Origin: Eutreptiella sp. 'Long Island Sound 2002'
Taxonomy: Eukaryota > Protista > Euglenida
Direction: 5' to 3'
Assembly (NCBI GenBank): GCA_964036045.1
Contig: OZ038379.1
Location: 11,470,001 to 11,534,000, forward strand
Length of the DNA: 64,000 nucleotides
The position numbers and the translations under genes were made by a program. Of the stretch, positions 35,775 through 48,810 are shown one piece after another. Position 1 is the stretch's first letter. Each line of letters starts with the position of its first letter. The notes beneath the pieces were generated by a model. The model saw nothing but the letters and a program-made list of their open reading frames with translations. It was not told where the DNA came from and searched no databases.

Positions 35775-36640
35775 GAGACGGCTTCGTACGTCATACGTCA
35801 ACTATTTCTGACGAGGACATGCTTCCATTCGTGCCTCGCGAATCCTTGCAGGTGAAGATTGTTTCGCGCACATTGTTTGTGTCGTTGCGTCGGACGGATG
35901 CTTGGAGGATGCTCTTTTTTTATGTGCACTGCACATTTGTGTACAGTTCCAAGTCGTTCTCAATATTCCGTTCAACACTCAAGGAGTCGCGTTTGGCCAC
36001 CAGATGCCCTCGTGCTCTGTGTTGAAGCCACCAAAGACCCTGATTGGGAAAAAGACACAGCGAGGAAAGAGCTTGCTCCCCAAAGCAGAAGCACGAATTT
36101 GTGTCGTTACCTTTTTTGTGTTGCTTTGTGTTCAAACAGTGGAGAGTTCAACACAGTTCAAATGCATCCTTTTTTTGTTTGCATCCAGTATGTAGCTCCA
36201 AGGGGTCCGAATCCAGCAATGCACACAAAACACCAGCTCTACCAAGTGCCAGAGAAGTCCACAATGTTGTTTTTGTCTTCAGAGTGCCGCCACAAGGTCG
36301 TGAATTCGTCTCTGCAGTTCTTCGACGGCTTTCGCACATCGTACGTCGACTATTCCTGACGAGGACGTGCTTCCACTCGTTCCTTGCAGGTGAAGCTTGT
36401 TTCGCGCACGTTGTTTGTGTCGTTGCGTCGGACGGATGCTTGGAGGATGCTCTTTTTTTATGTGCACTGCACATTTGTGTACAGTTCCAAGTCGTTCTCA
36501 ATATTCCGTTCAACACTCAAGGAGTCGCGTTTGGCCACCAGATGCCCTCGTGCTCTGTGTTGAAGCCACCAAAGACCCTGATTGGGAAAAAGACACAGCG
36601 AGGAAAGAGCTTGCTCCCCAAAGCAGAAGCACGAATTTGC
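35775..36640. repeat. ~330-bp direct duplication (about 35775-36100 and 36320-36640)
   Basis: ORF text CRCVGRMLGGCSFFMCTAHLCTVPSRSQYSVQHSRSRVWPPDALVLCVEATKDPDWEKDTARKELAPQSRSTNL occurs twice. Confidence 0.9.
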
Positions 36641-38009
36641 TCTTTTTTTGGTTACTTTCATGAAAACCTGTCCAGCTTGCAATGCAAAAGACTCCACAGT
36701 TGCAATGTGTGGTAGGATAGATGCCCAATTTTTTTGGGGGGGGCGGGGCTGCTATAACATGGGCATGACCTTGAACCACATGGGCGGTCTTTCTTTGGGC
36801 TATGTCAACATAGTGTTGTTGGTGGTGGCCAGCCGTTAGGTCAATTCCGCCGCAAGCCTGCCCGCCAGCTGTTGGAGTTAATAGTTGCTGGCCCTTTTTT
36901 TATGCAGGCGTAATTTCTTTGTGTGGTCTGTTGTTTGTTGAGTTTGGGTATTTGTGGCGGTTTGTAGGTGTCCTAGAATAAGTTGCATGCTTACCACCTT
37001 TTGTGCTTTCTTGTTTTGTGTTGTCTTTTTTTTGTGTTGGTATTGTGTTGTTTGAGTGTTGTGTGTGTTTGACTTGCCAATTGGACAAGGCAGTGGCCTT
37101 GTTGCTACCTTGTGTGACTCATTTGGCCATTATTTATCCTCTTGCTCGTGTGTGTATGTGGTAGATGGAGTGTAGATGCATCATTGCAAAGCCTATGTAG
37201 ACAATGCTTGAATGCTCAATCACACACATGCCGCACATTTTGTGTTAGCCATCCACCCACTTGGGCCAAAAGGTGCCAGGCACTTGAGAATAGGTACAGT
37301 GCATGAGCGTCATCACATTGAGGTTTGTGCTTTGACACCAAACTGTGCATGGGAAATTTGGGCACAATGTTGGAATCTGGGATTGTTGGTATGCAAACTT
37401 GAGCGAAGTTTGCAAAATGGAAGTGCTTGCACCTAGGACATCATTGTTGACCACGGACACAACAATTGGGGGAGACGCAACACACAGAGCATGCAATATC
37501 AGTGGCTATGTAAATGTTGAGTCTAGATATGAGCACCACCTTATTACATAGGACAATGGCCCAAAGGAGACTAAGGTGTTGTCAAGCCGGGGCCCGAAAA
37601 ATAATGAAATTTTCGACAGCTGTTTTTCGGGCAAGGGGGGGGTTCAGCTATCGGCACAGGATTCTACCCTTGCCATTGTGATCCTGAAGGGCTTGGCTGT
37701 TTTGAGCCACAAGAGTGGAATAATCGAAATTTCTGAAACAGATTTGCCATGCATGGTGGTGCAAGTTGCTTGTGCATCATCTTTCTCTTCTTTTTATGTT
37801 ATTTTCACCAAATTCGTCCCTGGATGCTGGGGACAGCGCAGACGTGTGCTGCGCGAAGTGCAAAAGCATGACCTGTGTCTACGCGTTGCAATAACACCTA
37901 TCCGCAACCTCTTTACCAGCAGCCATCGTAAAAAATGCGTTTTCATTGCACTATACGAAGCTGTAGAGAGGACACGAAAGTACCACATCTTTGAGTTGCA
38001 TGCCCATGT

Positions 38010-38230
38010 CAGATGATGGAATCGTTCCAACAGCCTCCGTCCCAATGTCCTGGCAGGTAACCCACTTGGTCTGTGGTGAGAAAGGGCACACCACCCAAGC
38101 TTACGACAAAGCAGTGCACAACAACATTCTGATCGTCACGGAGGCTTTCGTGGCTCATCTGCTGGACCACGGCACAGTGCCCAGCAGCAGCATGATCTCA
38201 GAGTTCGCGTGGGCCCCACCTGAATGGTAT
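38010..38230 (+). pseudogene. BRCT-like coding segment, possibly decayed
   Basis: SWQVTHLVCGEKGHTTQAYDKAVHNNILIVTEAFVAHLL follows the BRCT pattern vTHLV...K..A....i.IV..W/F. Confidence 0.5.
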
Positions 38231-41200
38231 CAGTGCGCGATGTGCATGTTCGGCCTAGGTGCGGGTAGGCTTGCATGTATGCGCTTGTGCGTGCACTTTG
38301 GCGCATGAATATAGCTCCAATGGTCCGCGTTGGGGCACCTTTGGAGAGTCATTTGGGCAGGGTATGTCCAGCGATTGGGATGGGGTTAGGGACACGCTGG
38401 ACAGGGTCCAGATTGCAAAAAGTGGGGGTGGTGGCGGTCAGAGTACGTGCCGTCAAATTCGGATTCCGAGCCATACAGCCAAAGATATCGTCCACCGTGG
38501 CGAAATAGGTCGCCTCACGCTCTGCGGAGCCGTGTTGAAAGTTGGAACTTGTGGCTAGTCGCTGAACAAGGTTGGTTTTTTCATCTGCGACTTGCCCTCT
38601 GAAGTGGGCGGAACCCCAAGTGAGATCAAGCAAAAGGAGAAGCACAAGTGTCCAAGTCCATCGCTGGGAGTTGTGCATGTGAGGACCTCAAGGCACTTGA
38701 CAAAAGAAAAACGCCTGCCACAGGCATATGCCACAAAACTACGGCGGAAGTTTTGGCACCAAAGTCCCAAATGTGCAGCATTCAAGCACAAATTAGCAGA
38801 TTCGCCTTTGTTGGATGCAACAACTGCAAACACAAGGAGCCTTCGAGGCACCATCGGACAAGTTGGGCGGCCTGTGACACGTGGGGCAGTTATTGAGGCG
38901 TGACCCAGAGTTGTCTTGGAGGTAGAGGCTGGAACAACCCTCAATGGCGCAGCAAGGGAAGTGAAACTGTGGCACACTCACCGCTAAATCTGCGCTGTGG
39001 CCGGTTTGGGGCACACTTGACTGGACGGACGTCGCCGAACTGGACGGTTTCCACAGGGTGTTTTCCCAATTTGGAGCCCACAGCGATTGTTCAGGTCAGG
39101 GCAGGTTACGGCAGGGCAGGGCACATGTGGTTGCATAAGGGGACAGGAGTAGAGTTGAGCCCACAGCGTTGGGATGGGGTGATTGACACAGCTGCCAGTG
39201 GACTTGCTTGTTGCTTGCTTGCTTCGTTGCTGTAGTGAAGGACAGAGGGCTGTTGTAATGCAGACTGTAATATCTGACGGGATATTTGGTGGCTCAATGA
39301 CCCATCGTTCCCGAATTCCTGTGCCCCTTTCCCCTCCTCTCCCCCCTCAGAAGACTCAGTGGCCCGGAACCTCCTGGCCCGGTGCTACATTTGCCACATC
39401 AGTGGTAGTGGCGAGCCCCCTCTATATCTTCACAGTCTTGGGAGGGCCTTCATGAACAGGTTGCCATCGCCAGCATGGCAGGGATGCCACAGGGGCAGAA
39501 GCACCCCTTGTGATCACATGGACAACTGACACACTCTCACCCACCAATACGCCCAGAAGTACTCACCAGCACATTTACTGAGCCTTTTTGGCAATTTCCC
39601 ACACACACACAATTATGCACCACACTTTTCCTCTAGTTCCTGTGGTTTAGCCCCATTACTTGGTGAGCAATCCCAGAGCAACGAATCTCCGGTCATGGTA
39701 TTTCTCTCAAAACCAATGGCCATCTTGACTGTGTCTTATTCAGGATATGGCTTCATCTTTGCTGGGCATCCAAAGCAGAAGACCCGCAAGGAGTGGATCG
39801 AGGTATGCACCATCAGCAGTTGAGGCTGTACCACGTTGCAGAAATTGCAATGTGGAGTGCAGAAAATGTGGTTGACATGTGCTGCAGAAAATGCAAGGCG
39901 TGTTGTGGAAATGGTACACAATCGAACGAAAGTGTAGCGTGTGTTGCAGAAAGGTCAATGCATGTCGAAGAAAATGTAGTGTGTGTTGTAGAAGATGTAA
40001 TCTGCATTGTAGCCAATTGAATGCGCATTGTAGAGAATGTAACATTTTTGCATGAAATTTGATATGCCGTGTGGAAAATATATCGCGCGTTGGAGAACGC
40101 TTTACTACGTATTGTGGAAATTATAGTGTGTGTCATGTCATTTTGTAGAAAACGAAATATGCAGTGTAGGCAATACTGTGCATTGTAGAACACAGAAATA
40201 CGCGTTGTAGAAACGGGAGGGGGTAATCCACAAAACGGGTTGTCAATTTTTCGGCCGAATTGCTTAAGATTATTGTCACTGGGGGGGGGGGGGGGGCTGA
40301 AATCTCCAAAAAAAAGGGATATTCGAAGAGGTATCCGTCATGGGGGGTCCTGAGGCCATATTTTTGAGTACCGAAGACGCAATTTTGAACTTTTCATGGT
40401 TTCGACCTGCTGTTGGCTCAGCTCCCGGCGTCTCGACCTTGCTCCCCCCCCCCCCCCCCCAAATCCTCCGACATATTGTCAGTGAGTGGTCAAGTCATTG
40501 AGGGTGGATTGGTTGCATTTTAATGTTTAGAAGCCATGTGCAAAGTAGCTCCCCTCATCCCAATGATATGTTGGCTAATCTGAACACTAACACCCCTGTG
40601 CAGCCTGATGCGAACTGGCAGCACCATGGGGGGTGCCCATGATGGTTGTGCCAAGTATTGTTGAGTTGAGTCGAGCCACTTTGCACATGGCTTCTACACA
40701 TCAGACGCAACAAATCTACTCTGAATGAATATGACCTCCCATTGACACTATTTTGAAGGAATCGGGCCTGTAAGATGCCCGGGATGCAGCCTTGCCAGAT
40801 GTTGGTGAAAACATGGCAAAAATGATACAAAATCGGAATCTCTGGGCAGAGGATTTACGGACAGGCCCCAAAATCTTCAAAAATGGATTCCCCACCCCTC
40901 TATTTTCAAAATAGAGGGGATTCACCCTGGGACTCCTCAAACATGGGCATGCCATACGTACATGGCAAAACCGACTGAACATGGGACCAACACAGCCCCA
41001 TCATTTCTGGAAAAATCCGTTGTTGACCCCATTTTTAACGCACTTATGGGCGCCAAATGGCCCGTTTTCAAAGGGTTTCGGGACTGTTCGGGGGCCACAC
41101 AGGGCAGGACGGCCTCAAAACAGGCTGAAAACACTCGTTTTGGGCATCCCAAGAGGTCTGGGAGCAATTTTGGAAGACGTCATTCTACAAACCCTGATTG

Positions 41201-41584
41201 CTGGGTTGTTTATGTCGCATTGTGTTCAGATGGAGCAAGTGTATTGGTTGGTCCGTTGTGCCCCATGACATTGCAGCCCTTCGTTTTGCTGCTGGAGGAG
41301 ATTTGGACATTCTGTCTGATTTCTGTAGAGCCATGGTTGTTGGGATTTTGAATGTTGCTGCTGGCCCTGCAGCAGTCACCCTTGTTGCCCAGTTGTGGGA
41401 CCCTGTGGCTCTTCTAACGTGGAAGGGTTTGCTTGCCTCATTGTCACATCAGCAGCGATGAAGACTTTGAGTGACACCAAGATTGAAAGTGCCCGAAAAC
41501 GGATTGGAAAGTGTATGGCACTCCTCGAGTTCAACCAACCTATGTGTGTGGCATGGACTGCGTGCGATCCCATAGTCCAAGGGC

Positions 41585-42760
41585 CCGCACTTCTTGTTAT
41601 GAACAGGAGAAGGGCACCCAAACATCCTTCACAGGAAGGTTAACTTCACAAAAATGCCGCCAAGGAAAAACAGGAAAATTGAAGTATCTTGCGACGCCAG
41701 GACCATTGCAGAAATTCAGTTGGCAAAAAAAACAAACAACGGCAGATAAATGAACACGGTCTTCTGTTTTCTGGCGGCCTTCAAAAATTGCGAAAATAGA
41801 ATTCAACAGAATTGGTATCCCGCGTATTCTCTGACACCGCTACAGTCTATCTGGATGAGACACTGGATCGGGCCGGTGTCGAATATCTTGGTCTGTTGCA
41901 GCATCAGCTGCTGCTGTGTTGAAAGGGTGTTTTACCTTGCTGTGAATGGTCCTCCACCTTATCGTCATTTCACCCAAACTTGAAAGGGGTTGAATTACGC
42001 AGTCTGGCGTTTCTGTTGGTTGCAATCTACGCCGTGTCTACCGGCCTCCATGGCGGGGATATCCAGTTGACCGCAGGAGGTTAGGTCTGCTGCACTTGTG
42101 CCCATTGAACCGTTTCCTCTATTATACAGGAACTGGGGAGTCGTGGCTGGTCTGTGGCCCGGACGCTGACCTCCGAGGTGACGCATTTGGTGGTGTGCGA
42201 GAACGGGGCTGGCACCGCTTTGCACAATGCAGCCCACAGAAAAGCTGAGGTTGCGGTTGTTACAGAGGATTTCCTGGTCCACCTTGTGGAGACTGGGGAG
42301 GAGTTGCAGTCCACATTTGTGGCGGCCGAGGACAGTGGTATGGGGATGATTGGGTCGGGCAGGTCCGGAGGGGATGTCTGCCGCGAGGGAATTTCTCACT
42401 GGCAGGGGTTCGTTGGGTCACGGTTTCTCCCGTGTGGGCCGAGGGGTGGTGGGGCTGGACAAATGTTGGTTGCCACGGGGATTTATTTCTTTTCTTCTTT
42501 CTTTCGTTTTTCCAGGAAAGCCTCAGGTTTTGGGGTGGCATTTTTGTGGCAACCCGACAGTGGTTGGCGACGCAGTAACCCGCACTTCTTGTTATGAACA
42601 GGAGAAGGGCACCCAAACATCCTTCACAGAAAGGTCAACTTCACAAAAATGCTGCCCAGGAAAAACAGGAAAAATGAAGTATCTTGCGACGCCAGGACCA
42701 TTGCAGAAATTCAGTTGGCAAAACAAACAAACAACGGCAGATAAATGAACACGGTCTTCT
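41585..42760. repeat. ~175-bp direct duplication (about 41585-41760 and 42583-42760) bracketing the BRCT exon
   Basis: CCCGCACTTCTTGTTATGAACAGGAGAAGGGCACCCAAACATCC...GATAAATGAACACGGTCTTCTG repeated. Confidence 0.88.
42130..42337 (+). CDS. BRCT-domain exon
   Basis: Acceptor tatacAG|GAA, donor G|GTATGG (phase 1). Translation ELGSRGWSVARTLTSEVTHLVVCENG...AEVAVVTEDFLVHLVETG. Confidence 0.7.
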
Positions 42761-44074
42761 GGATTGCATCGGGTCAGCTTCCACTTATGAGTGTTCATCG
42801 GGAGGAGTCCTGCACACTGTTGGTGACGCACAAATCTCCCTCATCAGCCGGTGCTCTGCCTCAGGGCGCATCGAACGTCCTTGGGGTGCAACGGAATCAA
42901 AAACGTGACATTTTCCGACTAGAAAAATTTTGAGTTTGTTTCCAAGCACCGTTTATTGCACCTGATTTTTTTTTTTTTACTGTATTTGCAAATGTGCTTG
43001 AAAGAATCACAGCCATTGAAAACACCATCACCCCCTTGTTTGCCGGTCTGGTTACAACATGGGCTAGGTGGTCGTTTGACTCCTTCCCACGATGGGGACT
43101 CCATATGGTAGTGGATGGTGGTGGTTAGGCGGTCATTTGATTCCTCCCCTCTTTGGGCACCCTGATACGGTATGGGTTGTGCAGCCATTTGACTCCTTCC
43201 CGGCTTGAGGACCCTGATGCTGCATGCTGCTTTGGGCAGGTTAATGCATGAGTTATGTAGTCATTTGATTCCTCACCGCTTGGGGACCCTGGTAAAAATC
43301 TGTGAAGGAGAATTTCTCCCCTTAACTCACACCACGTGTTCAAGGCGTGCCACCTGCCACTCCAAAGCGCCAAATGTTGGATATCTCTCAAGTGACTCCA
43401 TTGCCCAGGAAAACTTGACACAACACAACCCCACGCCACAACCCCCGCTTTAAGTTAGTGGCCTGGGTGTGACATCACCGGTTCTTTGCACTGCGGGTAT
43501 GGTCAAACACATGGGATTGGTGTTTGCAGTTCAAGGCATGTGTTGAAACATGCGATGCTGGTGTGTCTCCGCGCCTTGCACGTTTGAGAAAAAAAAGCTT
43601 GCTCTGTGGCCTGCTTCTTTTTTTTTCTTGTGGGGTGGCCGTTGAACCCGCCTGTCATTTGTACTTGTGGGACCCCAAGCGCAATCAGCTGTACAAGCAA
43701 GCTCTTGTGGATGGCCCAAGCAACAAAGGCATTCCAGCACCGACCCCTTCACATTCCAATGTGGGGACAGTTGCAGTTGCGACTGTCATCGATGTGTGTG
43801 GATTTGGGCGTGTTGTCACCCAACCATATGTCACTCAGCTTTGTGAAGCATGATCGGGACATTGTGAATTGCACCCCTGGGGTGCAATCGGCGTTTGTTT
43901 GAGTCCTCTGACCGTCCATCTTGTTTCTCTCTTCCCCCGCCACATATCATGTCCCCAATTCATGTGTGACCTTTTTTCTTGGTATTTGTAGGTGCGATAT
44001 CCAAATCCTACTGAGGGCCCCTTCCCCTGCATTGTTCAATCCTGCACAACGAAGTCTGTGACCCGCTTCCCCAG

Positions 44075-44217
44075 AGGACGTGGCACAGATGCCGCAGGCC
44101 CCTGAGTTTCTTTTGGCCAAGACGCTGCAGCGGCTGGACGAGGCGGCGGCGCTGAAGGGCTGGTGGGTGTCCGAGAAGTACGACGGGCTGCGGGCGTATT
44201 GGGATGGCGAGCGGTTG
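44075..44217 (+). CDS. ATP-dependent DNA ligase exon (adenylation motif I, KxDG)
   Basis: Acceptor cttccccAG|AG, phase-compatible with the BRCT exon. Translation EDVAQMPQAPEFLLAK...GWWVSEKYDGLRAYWDGERL, GC3-rich, with a plausible donor at 44218. Confidence 0.8.
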
Positions 44218-45541
44218 GTGTGGCCTGTGCTCCGTTTCTCCGGACCGCTACCCCCTGCCCCCAAGCCCCACCCCATTCCCCGTTGGGTCTGGGCCGCGGG
44301 CCGTGCCCGGTGTGGCGGATGGGGGCCCTTTCTGAAGGGGCCGGGCAGGCCGACTGGTGCAGCGGAGTGGCGGGGGAGGAGGGGGCCGAAGGGAGGCTTT
44401 GGGAGCGGTTGCAGGCGGTTGGAAAGCGGTTGGGAGGCAATTTCGGTCGGGTACAAAGCGGTGTCAGGGCCGTTGAAGGGGGCCAGAAGCGGTTAGCACA
44501 GCTGACCGGCACCCCAAAGAGGGGCGGGGGCAGGGATCCCTCCCCCCTCTTCAAGCGCACCCCCGTGGATGTATTAGAACAGCTGCCAACCGTAGGTGGA
44601 GGGTCCCCCGCCCCTTGGGCCCCCTCCCCCCACCTCCTCCCCTTCTCATGCGTTGGGGGGGGATTGCACTCTTCGCTACAGGTTCCCCCACCTATCTAAT
44701 GTTTAGCAATAATCATTACTTTGCCCCTGGTGTCAGGGGAGACACAGGCTTCGGCTGCAATTTGCTTTTCATAATTTGTGCCCAGCTGCTTGTGCTGGGC
44801 CTCCGCAGTGTTCGTGTTTGTATTGCTGATCAGTGACAGACCTGGACGGAGTTTTGGGGGGGGGTGTCAAGCGCTACCAACTAACACTTCAATGGTCAGT
44901 CACACGCCAACAAACCCTCGAGACTCCCCCCCTGCTCTCGACCCCTTCCCCGAACCTCCGTTAAACAACCAGCCACAGTCAAGGGAACAGACAACAGTCA
45001 GCCAAACACAGGGGGTCACTGACAGCACCAATTGGAAATGTTACGTTTTCGTTTTGGGCCCTCTCAGTTGGTTGTTCAACAGGTCCTGTGTGATGCATGG
45101 GTGCCTGGGCAGGCCGGTTTCACTTCTGCCCGCAACGGGGGGAGGAGAGGACGCCCAGGCACTCAAGGAGGCCAAGAGAGCAGGTTGGGATGGACAACCG
45201 TAGGAGGCAGGGGGGCTTGGGCCAGACCCAGGGCTGCTCGGCACTCGGTACCACTGGGGGTGGGGTCCCCCCCCCCCCCCACCTAGATCTACCCACCAAT
45301 CCCCCCCGAAAATATTGGACCATATTTTCCTCTGGGCCTTCGGCCAATCAAAAAACTTTCTCTGGTGCCTTTGGCGCCAATTGACTGGAGTGGGAATTGG
45401 CCAAAGTCCCTCCGTGTGTTTGGCGGTCCCTCGTTGCATATGGGAGAATTATTTCAAGGAAATTACGGATTTCAGAGCCAAAACCAAAGCTATGACCCAT
45501 GTGCACCGCCACCACCTTTGCCTGCTCGCTGCTCTTTGCAG

Positions 45542-45686
45542 GAATTTACTCCTGGCCAGCCGTTGTTTATTTTCGAGAACCTCTCGCTGGGTGAGAAAGC
45601 CAAGACGCCCTTAGTTGTTGGTATCAACGGCGATGTGACCCATACGTCCTTTCCTTTTGACGAGACATTCAATACCGTCCCGGAAG
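45542..45686 (+). pseudogene. Pyruvate:ferredoxin/NADP+ oxidoreductase (PFO/PNO) exon, copy 1
   Basis: AG|EFTPG...VVGINGDVTHTSFPFDETFNTVPEG|GT, 145 nt, matching PFOR KEFTP...FTVGINDDVTHTSL. Confidence 0.75.
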
Positions 45687-46214
45687 GTGTGTTGAATGAC
45701 GCAGCGCCGAGCACGCTGCTGGTAGCATTGATGCCATGAGGGCCTCAGAGCAATTACCGCCTGCTTTCCAAACAACTACGACCAGCTTTAAAATCTTTGG
45801 GGCTTCCGCAGGATTTCCATGAACAGACGTGCTTAGGTACACCAGCTCCACCAAGTGCAAGAGTGCAGACCTATTCCGTAAAGAGGGAAATTTTAGGAGA
45901 GAGCATGGCATGCCAACAGCTCAAATAGAGGCAAATCTGGAGACGCCAAGAGCCAGAATCAGCACCTCTCCCACTCTCATTTCATAAAACATTTTTCCCA
46001 CTGACCACAACAAGCAACAGAGTCAATTTATTTCTCAAACTCAAACCAGAGTGCACCAGTTTCACGCCACTTACTGTTGTTTTTTGAAATGTGATGAGCA
46101 ACGTACGCATAAAGAGGGCGTTTTTTTTTTGTAGGGTTGAACACAGTGCATTGCTCGTGGTAGATTCTCTGTGAGGTGGACTTGCCAAAGGCAGTAGAAT
46201 GTTTTTAAAGTTCA

Positions 46215-46400
46215 GCCTTTTCCGAACCTCTGCACAACATCGTTTGGTACCCTGAACCTCTCTGCACAACATGCCCTCCATCGTTTGGTGTCCCGAGTGT
46301 GTACAACATTCTTTGGTACCCCAGCCTCTGCACAACATTGTTTGGTACCCTGAACCTTCTTGCACAACATCCTTTGATACCCTGAACCTTTGTGCACAAC
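46215..46400. repeat. ~30-bp degenerate tandem repeat
   Basis: GCACAACAT..TTTG(G/A)TACCC(T/C)..ACC recurs about 6 times. Confidence 0.75.
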
Positions 46401-46987
46401 ATCGGTTGCTCTCTACACAGAGTGGTTTTCCCTTGACGGACCGTTCACTATTGGCTGTCTTGGGTCTGTTGGAGCATCCTTGAATAGCTATGATGAGACC
46501 AACGCTTAGAGCAACACCTTTCATGGATGTGCGGAGACGTGTTATGCAGACCCCTCCTGCACAGCAATTCAGTTTGGCACAGCAGGCAAACCTCGCGAAA
46601 ATGATTGCATCACCAGGAGCGCATTTTACTACGATTCGAATGCGAATTGGGGTTCTTATCAACTCATCAGAAGTATGTTCATCATTGGCTCATTTGTCAC
46701 ATTGCCTGTCTGAAGCATGCTCTCCTCCACCACACTGCAGCACAACAAACACCGAATTCCGAACAGGCTGCCACATAACACCCATCCCCAAATGTTGTTC
46801 AATTTGTGTAGCTATCTTGTTAAGTCTGTTGAACTAGTTGACTCGGAGTTAGAAATGCGGTGCGTGATCGACGGTCGATGGTCATATTCGACGGAGTGTG
46901 TGCACGTAGCCCGAAAAACAGTGCAATGCGAAAACCTCGGGGTGTGCACACAGGCGGCCACCTTTGCCTGCTCGCTGCTCTTTGCAG

Positions 46988-47132
46988 GAATTTACTCCTG
47001 GCCAGCCGTTGTTTATTTTCCAGAACCTCTCGCTGGGTGAGAAAGCCAAGACGCCCTTAGTTGTTGGTATCAACGGCGATGCGACCCATACGTCCTTTCC
47101 TTTTGACGAGACATTCAATACCGTCCCGGAAG
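46988..47132 (+). pseudogene. PFO/PNO exon, copy 2
   Basis: Near-identical 145-nt exon with intact AG/GT sites; part of a ~330-bp duplication (about 45505-45830 and 46955-47290). Confidence 0.78.
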
Positions 47133-47376
47133 GTGTGTTGAATGACGCTGTGGCCCAGTGCCGAGCATGCTGCTGGTAGCATTGATGCCATGAGGGCCTC
47201 AGAGCCCGAGAGGGGGATGCAATCACAGCCTGCTTGCCAGCCAACTACCGCCCGCTTTAAAATCTGCGGGGTTTCCGCAGGATTCCATGAACAAACGTGC
47301 TTGGGTACTGCTGGTGGAATGTTTCTGATGGGTGCGTTCATCAACAATGATTTCTTTTCGGCGTTCAGAGGCCTGA

Positions 47377-47750
<374 letters not shown>

Positions 47751-48136
47751 TGTCTCTGGCCATTTGTGCACAGAAAAGCATTTCTGTGTTTCTCACCCAG
47801 TTTGAACCCTTTGGGTGGGAGCATGTGTTACACTTTCCATGTGCATACTGTGTAGCATATTGGATGCTGAATATATGGACGTTGAGCGCTTGCTTTTGGG
47901 CAAGCAAAGCATTTGGTTTTGGCCCATTCCTCCCCATTTCCACAATGCTATTGAAGGGGAGATGCCTTGCTTATCATTTTTGTATTGGGTGTTCCATATA
48001 GGACAGCGACACACAAGCTGAATTTGCACATGTTAGGTTTTTCTCTCAAGGTCGCTTAATGGCACATCTTGGTGTGCACAACATGCAGTGCATTAGAAAC
48101 TGGGCTTCACAGGGGACTTGGTGTAAGGTCTGACAT

Positions 48137-48506
48137 ACACCATGGATTGCTTGGAAGCTGTGGGCAAGGACACGTGATCCCCATAAGTCGCGCAGTAAGC
48201 AGGCTGAGGGGCACGTCCATGCACCAAGGATTGCTTGGAGGCTGTGGGCAAGGACACGTGATCCCCATAAGTCGCGCAGTAAGCAGGCTGAGGGGCACGT
48301 CCATGCACCAAGGATTGCTTGGAGGCTGTGGGCAAGGACACGTGATCCCCATAAGTCGCGCAGTAAGCAGGCTGAGGGGCACGTCCATGCACCAAGGATT
48401 GCTTGGAGGCTGTGGGCAAGGACACGTGATCCCCATAAGTCGCGCAGTAAGCAGGCTGAGGGGCACGTCCATGCACCATGGATTGTTTGGAGGCTGTGGG
48501 CAAGGT
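48137..48506. repeat. 60-bp tandem repeat, about 6 copies, nearly perfect
   Basis: GGATTGCTTGGAGGCTGTGGGCAAGGACACGTGATCCCCATAAGTCGCGCAGTAAGCAGGCTGAGGGGCACGTCCATGCACCA register. Confidence 0.95.
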
Positions 48507-48784
48507 GCCGGCTCATGCGCTCTGCCTTTGCGTGTCCCCGCTGGCACGCCCGGCAAACTCGACGCGTCTGCCAAACTAAGTACCAGTTTTTTTTTTGCAC
48601 GTTTTTGGAGCTGTACTGCCGATGGTGTCAGCAGCAGCCCCGCCAGGACCTTTTGCTTAGGCCTGGTTTGGTTTCCAGCCCTCGGGCTGATGTTGGCCTC
48701 TGCTTCCATACCTAACCTCATACCATCATGAATCTGTAGCAACCTCTCTTGTTAGCTCTTGTTAGCTCTGCCAAGCCACACAAC

Positions 48785-48810
48785 AACCCTAACCCTAACC
48801 CTTACCCTAA
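48785..48810. repeat. Short interstitial telomere-like (CCCTAA)n
   Basis: ACCCTAACCCTAACCCTTACCCTAA; a similar short tract lies near 49967-49985. Confidence 0.6.

Noticed and set aside
35560-35830. LIAGDEIHVL as a DExH motif within ORF 35279..36025
   Set aside because: No Walker A or other helicase motifs; the ORF is stitched together from local repeats.
48046-48742. Repetitive ORFs in all six frames; also the regular 60-, 67- and 97-bp arrays as possible CRISPRs
   Set aside because: These are pure tandem repeats with no unique spacers and no cas genes, in a eukaryotic context.
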